This document shows, one piece after another, positions 27,357 to 34,534 of a stretch of 64,000 nt of DNA (positions within the stretch are counted from its first letter, which is position 1; each line of letters begins with the position of its first letter). Origin of the DNA: a virus; IMG/VR virus record IMGVR_UViG_3300046820_000088, positions 38,424 through 102,423 of that record; one strand, written 5' to 3'. A program made the translations under genes and the position numbers. The notes beneath the pieces were generated by a model. The model searched no databases. It was not told the DNA's origin and saw nothing but the letters and a program-made list of their open reading frames with translations.

Positions 27357-27647
27357 TTAGATATTTAGTAACCGTATATAGCCTATAAGATCGATAGTGA
27401 CTAATAAAATATAGTTAGCCACCATGCCTGTACTTTTTCGAGTCCAAGCGGCCCACCCAAAAATAGCACATTGAGTAATAAAGATCGGATACAACCATAT
27501 AAACAGTGGATCTGTGGCACCGGCTGCTAAAACAAGAGAGCATGTTAGACTCATAAACCAGGCAGCAATTTCTAGAATGAACCGAAGAGGCCATTCTTTG
27601 AAATCGTGATGTGCCCAGTTATAGACACCTTTAAAGAAGTTAATCAT
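27357..27647 (-). CDS. small multi-pass membrane protein
   Basis: Three hydrophobic segments. Confidence 0.75.
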   Translation of the reverse strand: MINFFKGVYNWAHHDFKEWPLRFILEIAAWFMSLTCSLVLAAGATDPLFIWLYPIFITQCAIFGWAAWTRKSTGMVANYILLVTIDLIGYIRLLNI

Positions 27648-27904
27648 TCGGGTAGACGCTTAGTAACTCCGAGGATCATTTCGATTTCATCCCATTCTTC
27701 TTCATGAGCCTTCCAGTTATCTTTATGTGCAATACGAATTGCTTTATTAATAATGCTAGGCTTAACCTGTAGCTCTTCTGCTACTGCTTTTACAGTTTCT
27801 TTAAGACCTTCTTGCAGATCTTCAACTTCTCGCAATACATTTGATCCTTCGTTGATAAGTCTCTCTAGTTTTGCTTTTTCTTCTGGTCCGTACATTTTAG
27901 ACAT
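27644..27904 (-). CDS. T4 DsbA-like dsDNA-binding protein
   Basis: LKETVKAVAEELQVKPSIINKAIRIAHK helical pattern; AGGAG RBS. Confidence 0.65.
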   Translation of the reverse strand: MSKMYGPEEKAKLERLINEGSNVLREVEDLQEGLKETVKAVAEELQVKPSIINKAIRIAHKDNWKAHEEEWDEIEMILGVTKRLPE

Positions 27905-27925
27905 ATGTTTCTCCTGTAAGCTGAT

Positions 27926-27954
27926 ATTATACAGGGATAAAAAAAGCCGGTCAA
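27926..27954 (-). promoter_or_regulatory. sigma70 promoter TTGACC-N17-TATAAT
   Basis: Near-consensus hexamers with 17-nt spacer; drives dsbA-polB. Confidence 0.8.
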
Positions 27955-27971
27955 CTTAGTTGCCGGCTTTT
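27939..27971 (-). terminator. intrinsic terminator
   Basis: AAAAGCCGG...CCGGCTTTTTTT stem with U-tract after ORF 27989. Confidence 0.85.
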
Positions 27972-27988
27972 GATAGTAAATGGTAATA

Positions 27989-29002
27989 TTACTTTTTAGA
28001 TTCGCTTAGTACGTCAAACATTTCAAACTGACCACCCATGCGCTCGTATACCATACCTGCATAGACTTCTGCCTTCATGCTTTCTGTAAACTTGCTTTGA
28101 GCAACTCTTGTGGCCCAGTCAAACAAATCTTTGTCTAATGGATCGATAGCTTGTTGTCCGCCGCTTTCTACAACTAACTTCATCATTTCTTTAAAAGTTA
28201 GTTTTTGTTCAACACTTTCTTTAACTGGACGCTTCTTGCCCTTTGGCATCATTTTGCTTTCGTCTTTTTTCTTTTCCCCACCTAGTACCTTGTCGCGTCC
28301 AGTGAAGTAATCGTAATCGTCTTTATCATTTCCACTAGATGGCATATTTTTGCCTTTGTTAGCCGCGTGGAACGCAGCATTCTTCTCGGCAGTTGTTGCT
28401 GGCTTCTTCTTTCCTAGACCAACGGCATTCTTTACAGTGTCTATAACACCTTCAGTTTTCTTGCCGCCAACGGCCTTACTAACTGCGGCACGACGATTCT
28501 TTAGATAGTCGTCCGTCTTATCTTTCTTACCATCGTTGTTAACATCGTCGTCTTCTTTGCCAACTGGATCCATTGCTTCTTCCATTTTCTTTTTCTTGGC
28601 ATCGGCTTTTTTCTTGTCTTCTTTTTCAGTTTTCTTAGCTTCGACCATCTTCATGAACTTGGACTTAAACTGTGGCTCAATACTTTCGTCTTTCTTTTTG
28701 GCTTTCTTTTCTTCAGAATCAGCTTCGTCGCCTTTGTACTTGTCGCCCTTGACAGCCATACCAGGATGCTTTTTACCTGACTTATCGGTCCAAGGCTTGT
28801 CTGTTTTTTCAGCAGCTTCGTCTACTTTTTCTTCTGCTTCTGCTTTCTTTTTAGCTTCAGCAACATATGTAGAAGCTCCGCTAAGAACACGTAACTGTGC
28901 GTCTTCGTTTAGTTGAACAGCTTGCGGTAGCTTTGGAGCAGCTGGAGTAGCAACTGGCGGTTCCATGCTATCTAGTTTATTGAGTAGTGATTTGAAGTCC
29001 AT
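27989..29002 (-). CDS. charged low-complexity protein, probable internal head/scaffold-type protein
   Basis: K/E/D-rich; many hydrophobic-x-E sites (LNE, VDE, MEE, VKE, LSE); late promoter upstream. Confidence 0.7.
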   Translation of the reverse strand: MDFKSLLNKLDSMEPPVATPAAPKLPQAVQLNEDAQLRVLSGASTYVAEAKKKAEAEEKVDEAAEKTDKPWTDKSGKKHPGMAVKGDKYKGDEADSEEKKAKKKDESIEPQFKSKFMKMVEAKKTEKEDKKKADAKKKKMEEAMDPVGKEDDDVNNDGKKDKTDDYLKNRRAAVSKAVGGKKTEGVIDTVKNAVGLGKKKPATTAEKNAAFHAANKGKNMPSSGNDKDDYDYFTGRDKVLGGEKKKDESKMMPKGKKRPVKESVEQKLTFKEMMKLVVESGGQQAIDPLDKDLFDWATRVAQSKFTESMKAEVYAGMVYERMGGQFEMFDVLSESKK

Positions 29003-29034
29003 TTTAAATTCCTTGATCCTTAAGGTTCATATTA

Positions 29035-29042
29035 TATTTATC
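29035..29042 (-). promoter_or_regulatory. late promoter-like GATAAATA
   Basis: TAAATA upstream of ORF 29002. Confidence 0.55.
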
Positions 29043-29283
29043 TTTTGAGTGCTACACCTGCACCAAATAAACTGACATTAGAATCTAATGCGTTTGTACC
29101 TGGTTTTTGCATTACTGGTTTTGGTTGCGGAGGAGATTTAGTTCCTGATTTTCCAGGACTTCCTATGTAGCTTTTCTTTCCTCTAGCAGGACCCGGGCTT
29201 AGGTGCGGATTAGGAACAGTAGCAATATTACCTGCTGAAGTTGCTCCTGCGCTAGCGGTTTCGAATAGTTCGTGTAATCTCAT
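29038..29283 (-). CDS. small basic putative internal virion protein
   Basis: MRLHELFE N-terminus; ETASAGATSAGNIA. Confidence 0.7.
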   Translation of the reverse strand: MRLHELFETASAGATSAGNIATVPNPHLSPGPARGKKSYIGSPGKSGTKSPPQPKPVMQKPGTNALDSNVSLFGAGVALKR

Positions 29284-29288
29284 GCTAA

Positions 29289-29296
29289 TATTTATC
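29289..29296 (-). promoter_or_regulatory. late promoter-like GATAAATA (leaderless)
   Basis: 5 nt upstream of ATG 29283, no SD. Confidence 0.55.
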
Positions 29297-30143
29297 GTAT
29301 TGCAACTTTAAAATCTTGGAACTTGTCTTGTCGTTGGTCCAAATGTTTTAATCCAGGATTAATGCCTTTTGTAACATCTTTGACATTATCAAAGTTTTTA
29401 ACTTTATTGCTGACTCTGTTTTGCCAGAACCAAACTGATGTTTTAGCGGCAATTTCTGGCCTTTCAACAAGTTCTGGATTTTGGACTAATCTGTTATCGC
29501 CAAATAAGGCTTTAGATGCCTCGGCATAGTTGTATTTGCCTGTTAGTTGAATGTAACCCCTACCAGAATATCTTGCTCCGTCGCCGGGCTTAGTATTACC
29601 TAATCGTTTGGCTTTTGCTGGAGCAAATCTAATATCGTATTTTTTAAAGTCTAGTTTGCCCCCTATTTCTTTCATGTGTTTGAAATCCATAGTTTCGTGA
29701 GCACACTGACTTAAGAAGGCTGCAAGTTCTTGCCCTTTTATTCCTGCTTTCTCTGCTGTTTTTCTTAACAAAACTTCGTGCGGATTGCCTGTTACAGATT
29801 TTTCTATTTCTTTTTTACTAATCTGTTTTAAGGGATCAACTTTCTTAACGTCTTGTTTAACTTGTTGAACAACGGCTGGTTTTTCTGTAGGTTTCTTTTT
29901 GGCTGCTTCTGCATCTCCAGAAGCTCCTAGTGCGGCTGCACCCATAGCAGCACCTGCTACCCAATCTTTCCAACCTTCTTGTTCGATACTTTCGCTTCCG
30001 CCTTCCCCGACAGATTCCCCGCCATCACCACTATATCCAGCATAGTATCCGTATCCGCCGTAAGGACCTGGACCATATGCTGCCCAACGAGGTTTACGTT
30101 TCTTTTTTCTTTTTCTTTCTGAAACAAACTCGTGAGCTCTCAT
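29292..30143 (-). CDS. GH19 (chitinase/lysozyme-like) hydrolase with capsid-targeting-like N-terminus
   Basis: AAFLSQCAHET, GDGARYSGRGYIQLTGKYNY; N-term MRAHEFVSE. Confidence 0.85.
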   Translation of the reverse strand: MRAHEFVSERKRKKKRKPRWAAYGPGPYGGYGYYAGYSGDGGESVGEGGSESIEQEGWKDWVAGAAMGAAALGASGDAEAAKKKPTEKPAVVQQVKQDVKKVDPLKQISKKEIEKSVTGNPHEVLLRKTAEKAGIKGQELAAFLSQCAHETMDFKHMKEIGGKLDFKKYDIRFAPAKAKRLGNTKPGDGARYSGRGYIQLTGKYNYAEASKALFGDNRLVQNPELVERPEIAAKTSVWFWQNRVSNKVKNFDNVKDVTKGINPGLKHLDQRQDKFQDFKVAIR

Positions 30144-30334
30144 TTCTTTTTACCTGATTTCATGTTTGCACACCAGTGTGCCATGCGTGCTTTTTCACCA
30201 GAGCTATTTTTAGCAGTTTTTCTTAGACTACTAACGCTAGCCTTACAATTTACTCCACTGCGTTTGGCCAAACCTTTGCGACCTGGCTTTTTGCCGTCAG
30301 CAAAGTTTTCGATGATAAACTCGCTTGCTCTCAT
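30140..30334 (-). CDS. small basic putative internal virion protein
   Basis: MRASEFIIE N-terminus; ATGA overlaps. Confidence 0.7.
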   Translation of the reverse strand: MRASEFIIENFADGKKPGRKGLAKRSGVNCKASVSSLRKTAKNSSGEKARMAHWCANMKSGKKK

Positions 30335-30408
30335 ACTGGACTGTAGGGGTTGCGAAAACGATCATACCCGTCGTCTTCTGGATATACTGGATAATCATCT
30401 GGACCCAT
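30331..30408 (-). CDS. 25-aa micro-ORF MGPDDYPVYPEDDGYDRFRNPYSPV
   Basis: GGAG RBS; fills the gap; TGA overlaps next ATG. Confidence 0.5.
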   Translation of the reverse strand: MGPDDYPVYPEDDGYDRFRNPYSPV

Positions 30409-30691
30409 ATTTCTTCTCCCCAGTAAGGTAAGGCTTACTAAACCATAACTGAAACCATTCCGGAGTTCCGGGTTTGATATTATGCTCTTTCTCGATCTTT
30501 TGGTTTTCCATTCCAGTAACACTGATATTGCTACCTTGATCCACTCGATATTCGTGTAGTCTAGCTGAATGCCCTAGACCTGCGAGATATTGAATAGATT
30601 TTAATTCGTAGATAGGATCACTTGGATCAAGGACACAGTCATCTGGGCTGTCTTGATTTAAGTTTTCAGTAGTGATCTTATATTGCTTCAT
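30395..30691 (-). CDS. hypothetical protein
   Basis: TAATG coupling; IKPGTPEWFQLWF motif. Confidence 0.7.
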   Translation of the reverse strand: MKQYKITTENLNQDSPDDCVLDPSDPIYELKSIQYLAGLGHSARLHEYRVDQGSNISVTGMENQKIEKEHNIKPGTPEWFQLWFSKPYLTGEKKYGSR

Positions 30692-31320
30692 TACATTCCA
30701 CCGCCGACTAGTTTTCCTTTTGGATAACCTTTAGGATCTTTTCCTTTAAGTTGTCCTGCTGGACCTTCTTTCTGACCAACTTTTTTTCCTGCAAATGGAA
30801 TATCGGCAGCTTCTTCAACACTGCCAAATCTAGATTCGTATTGCTCTTCGTCTCTAGCATCATCTAGTGCATAGTTAGCAAACTTGATTAAACTTTTTAA
30901 TGTTTTTTCGATATTATAAACTGCACCATTAGCTGCTCTAATCGCTTGAACAGCTTCTTCAATAGAATCGGTCATGTCAACTTTGGCGCTATCGTCCGCA
31001 ATACTGTTAATGCCTTCCATCATAGAAGTAAGCTCGTCTTCAATAGCTTCGAACTCGTAGTGATTTTTTTGTGCTTTAAGGACGGCAGGCATTAACTGTT
31101 CTAGTTGAGCAATCATAGATTCTATTTGCTGAACTTTGCTTCCCTGAGCGGCTTCTTCAGCAACGGCTTTTTGTTTGTGTTTTGTATCGCCTTGCTTCTG
31201 TGCTTTCTTTTTATCTTTATGTGCGCCAGCGCCGCCCATCTTTGCATTTTTAGCAACAAAGTTTCTTGGTTTTGATGCGTCGATCTTTTTAGATTCTGTA
31301 AGTATTTCTATTGCTCTCAT
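30691..31320 (-). CDS. putative internal virion protein
   Basis: MRAIEILTE N-terminus; alternating basic and acidic segments. Confidence 0.7.
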   Translation of the reverse strand: MRAIEILTESKKIDASKPRNFVAKNAKMGGAGAHKDKKKAQKQGDTKHKQKAVAEEAAQGSKVQQIESMIAQLEQLMPAVLKAQKNHYEFEAIEDELTSMMEGINSIADDSAKVDMTDSIEEAVQAIRAANGAVYNIEKTLKSLIKFANYALDDARDEEQYESRFGSVEEAADIPFAGKKVGQKEGPAGQLKGKDPKGYPKGKLVGGGM

Positions 31321-31997
31321 TTTGATTTCCTTGTTTGCTTTGGACCTTTCCTAGTCTTCCATTTCTTGTCGGTTGAACACCAGTAACGTCCGTAGCCTTC
31401 TTCTACAGTGTCTTTTACACCTAGACCTTGTTTAACAGCACTAAACAGCTTTTCTGCATGTTGTCCAGCACCTGTGGATTCTTTAAACTTTTCGAAGTCG
31501 TTATTTGCAGCAGCAGATCTAGCATTACTTGCACTAACACCAGACACTCCCTCGGCACCATCTTCTCTCTCGCCGCTGGATTTAAAATCTAATACTTCAA
31601 AGTTATAAAAACCGTGGCTCTTGCCTTCTACATTATTATAGTCTTTGAGTAGTTTAGACATTTCTTCGATACGATCGCTGCCTGCAACAAATGTAGCATT
31701 TCTGTAACCTAGATCGTGTAGATGACTTGCAACTTTAAGAACAGTATTAAGACTTGCATCGTCTACAATATTTTTGGCATGTTCGGGAAACATGGACTTC
31801 ATGAATCCTATTTTAGTAGAATAGTCCAGAGGATTTTTCTTTTTGTCTTGAGTTTGACTGAGAAATATTTTGTACTCTCCGCCGATACCTTTGAGAGTAT
31901 CTAGCAATAACTTATGACCTACCGTAGGAGGATTCATTCTACCGAAGCAGAATGAAACATGAGAGTTAGAAGATTCGAAAAGTTCACTGATCCTCAT
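31317..31997 (-). CDS. HxGH-family nucleotidyl/cytidylyltransferase-like protein with capsid-targeting-like N-terminus
   Basis: FGRMNPPTVGH, VAGSDR, GVSAS; N-term MRISELFE. Confidence 0.8.
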   Translation of the reverse strand: MRISELFESSNSHVSFCFGRMNPPTVGHKLLLDTLKGIGGEYKIFLSQTQDKKKNPLDYSTKIGFMKSMFPEHAKNIVDDASLNTVLKVASHLHDLGYRNATFVAGSDRIEEMSKLLKDYNNVEGKSHGFYNFEVLDFKSSGEREDGAEGVSGVSASNARSAAANNDFEKFKESTGAGQHAEKLFSAVKQGLGVKDTVEEGYGRYWCSTDKKWKTRKGPKQTRKSK

Positions 31998-32325
31998 AGT
32001 CACCGTTTGACATATGTTTTTCTTGTTCTTCTGCGATCTTTTTCGCTAGCTCGATAAGTCCCTCTTTAGAAAACTTATTTTCTTTTTCATCTATTTCAAA
32101 TTTTGAGCAATACTGTTCTACACACTGTTCAAGAGGTCTGATATAGAGTTTAAATGCACTTGGATTACCTTTGTACTCTTTATGTTTTTTAACAGCAGGA
32201 AAGAATACATTGGTTAGAAGTTTATCATCATTGTCGATGAAAAACTTCAAATCTCCCATCCAGTCAACGTCTGATTTTTCTTCAGTTGGCGCACCGATGG
32301 GGCTAAACATTTCTCTTAATAGCAT
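31984..32325 (-). CDS. putative internal virion protein
   Basis: MLLREMF N-terminus; TAATG coupling. Confidence 0.7.
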   Translation of the reverse strand: MLLREMFSPIGAPTEEKSDVDWMGDLKFFIDNDDKLLTNVFFPAVKKHKEYKGNPSAFKLYIRPLEQCVEQYCSKFEIDEKENKFSKEGLIELAKKIAEEQEKHMSNGDYEDQ

Positions 32326-33452
32326 TACCAGCTCCTACAAGACCAGTAACGTGCTTTCCAACGTGGTCCTGGATTTTTACAGTTATGGCGAGCACGGAAA
32401 GATTTTCTACGTGCTGGATTTGATTTCTTAATACGCATTTTCTTATCGCCAAAGTTTACCTTGACAATCTTGCCGTTGGGCTTGCGTACATATACTTTTG
32501 ATTTCTTTACATCGCCTGGTAGTTTTTTACCTAGCGGAACATTCTTGCCATGATACTCGGCTTCGTCTACATTTTCGTCATAGTTGTTGGCTTTCATGTA
32601 GTCTCTAGCAGTATCGATGTAATCCATAGCCTTGGTGATTTTAGATTGAACCCACTCTGGTAAATTGTCGTCTGTATCTAAAATGTCATATAACTCTTGA
32701 GCAGCATCGTTAATGGTACGTAGATCGTCTTTGGCCATGTCGCCTTCGTTATCGTACTCTGCATAGTTTTCTGGATCTTCTGGATTCTCAGAATGATCTT
32801 CTTTCTTAAACTTGTCTTTAATTTTGCCTAGCTCTTCTTCTGAAGCACCATCACGTCCGGCCTGTGCTAGTGCAGACATGCCGTCTTTACCGTATTTCTT
32901 TTTACCTGTGTAGTATTGCAAACCACTTTCGTCAAGATCTTCGCCAATCTTTTCGCAGTCGTTTACACGTTTGCCAGCATTTTTACCTGTTCCGGGCTTT
33001 GTGCCTACTTTACGATAACCTTTCCAGCAGCTCTTTGGTCCTGCTACGCCTTCTACAAGTTCACCTTCTAAGAAACTTAATCCTTCGTTGGTTAACATTT
33101 CCATAGCTGCATCGTCTAGATCAATAACAATCCCGTCAGCAACAAATCCTACGATCTCTGTTGATATTTCTAAATCTTCAGAGAAGCTAATACCAAAGTC
33201 GTCTCCAACTACAAACGTACTTTCGTTAGCGGTATCTTTACCAGCAAGTCCTTTCTTTCCGTAGTTGATTTCGTAATCGTCGTCTGTCGGCTCCATATTG
33301 GTCTTAACTCCGCTAGGACTAACATGTTCTTTTTCTTTATCTGCAATAGCTTTTTTGATTACAGGGTCTTGGGCAGCAGGCATCTTTTTTAGATCCTGCA
33401 AGGTGGCTTCTTCTGATAGAATTTTGTCCAGTTTAGATATAATGTCTCTCAT
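32325..33452 (-). CDS. modular putative internal head polyprotein
   Basis: Small modules separated by LSE/LVE/IGE/LDE/VDE; C-term KVNFGD...RKSFRARHNC...ARYWSC domain. Confidence 0.75.
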   Translation of the reverse strand: MRDIISKLDKILSEEATLQDLKKMPAAQDPVIKKAIADKEKEHVSPSGVKTNMEPTDDDYEINYGKKGLAGKDTANESTFVVGDDFGISFSEDLEISTEIVGFVADGIVIDLDDAAMEMLTNEGLSFLEGELVEGVAGPKSCWKGYRKVGTKPGTGKNAGKRVNDCEKIGEDLDESGLQYYTGKKKYGKDGMSALAQAGRDGASEEELGKIKDKFKKEDHSENPEDPENYAEYDNEGDMAKDDLRTINDAAQELYDILDTDDNLPEWVQSKITKAMDYIDTARDYMKANNYDENVDEAEYHGKNVPLGKKLPGDVKKSKVYVRKPNGKIVKVNFGDKKMRIKKSNPARRKSFRARHNCKNPGPRWKARYWSCRSW

Positions 33453-33476
33453 AGTACGATTCCAAAGGTCATACTA

Positions 33477-33483
33477 TATTTAG
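33477..33483 (-). promoter_or_regulatory. late promoter-like CTAAATA
   Basis: Intergenic, upstream of the internal protein cluster. Confidence 0.55.
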
Positions 33484-33496
33484 CGTTTTTGAAAAC

Positions 33497-33853
33497 TTAG
33501 TAATTATAACGTATTTGAACGATCTTTCCGTTCTCGAGATTGTATGCTGCGCGAATCCACACAAAGTTACCGGTAAAGTTGCCAGTATACACTGTGATTT
33601 CGTTGGAGATAGTGCTGTCTCCGCCCTCGTTTGTGCCTACAATATCTATCCAGTCTGCATCACCTGGATAAGATTCTAGACTTCCTTGTAGTTTAATAGA
33701 ACCCGAAAATGCTTCTACTTCGTATATGTAGGTGTGCAAGCCACCGTTTTTCTTATGATACCCTGCACCTACTTGTTTTGTAGAATACGAAAATGCAGAA
33801 CTTCCTGCTTCTGCAGAAGTTTCATCTAATAAAATAACGCTTTTTGTGGACAT
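33497..33853 (-). CDS. hypothetical beta-rich (possibly virion) protein
   Basis: LQGSL...DWIDI...NFTGNFVWIRA; GATAAATA at 33858-33865. Confidence 0.7.
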   Translation of the reverse strand: MSTKSVILLDETSAEAGSSAFSYSTKQVGAGYHKKNGGLHTYIYEVEAFSGSIKLQGSLESYPGDADWIDIVGTNEGGDSTISNEITVYTGNFTGNFVWIRAAYNLENGKIVQIRYNY

Positions 33854-33856
33854 CAA

Positions 33857-34534
33857 CTATTTATCGACTAAAACATAATTATAAACTCGGCCCATAACTT
33901 CTGGGTTTCGCAGTTTCAGCAATAATAACGTTTTATCGTCCTCAACTAGCACATATCTTCTATCCCAGTTCCAATCAGTAGCCATAAACCAGTGCTGAAT
34001 AGCTGGAGTGCAGGTTATTTTATCACCTTGACCTAAAATCCATTCTAGATATTTGGTTTTGCTCTCTGGATCTTTTGCTAGTTTATGTGGTAAAAGAAAG
34101 ACCTTGTGTCGGTATTTCTTATGCGGAAACTTCTTAACCAGTATAACTTCTTCATTTTCGAGACTGTCTATAGTGTTAACTGCTGGTTCATATTGATGAA
34201 CTACTATAGATTGAAACTTTGAAGATAGCTCTAGGTAGAAATCTCGATCATTTGTATAGAAATCAACACATTTACTTTCGATTCGTTTGGTCCATGTATT
34301 AGAATCTTTGCTTAACAAGAACTCTGTAAGATCATGTATTGAATCTCGATTAAACCATGCCTTATAGTGCATAGAATAGGGTTGATAATATGCACCCGTA
34401 TTAGACAAACAAAACTTTTTAATCTCTTCAAGAGGCAGCAATCGAAAGATTCCCGCCCCTTGAATGATTAATGTTGTTTTATAAAGCCACTTATTGTAAA
34501 ACTTACGGTTAGTTACCTTCGTTTTCTGTGACAT
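33857..34534 (-). CDS. hypothetical phage protein
   Basis: Long ORF in operon. Confidence 0.75.
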   Translation of the reverse strand: MSQKTKVTNRKFYNKWLYKTTLIIQGAGIFRLLPLEEIKKFCLSNTGAYYQPYSMHYKAWFNRDSIHDLTEFLLSKDSNTWTKRIESKCVDFYTNDRDFYLELSSKFQSIVVHQYEPAVNTIDSLENEEVILVKKFPHKKYRHKVFLLPHKLAKDPESKTKYLEWILGQGDKITCTPAIQHWFMATDWNWDRRYVLVEDDKTLLLLKLRNPEVMGRVYNYVLVDK

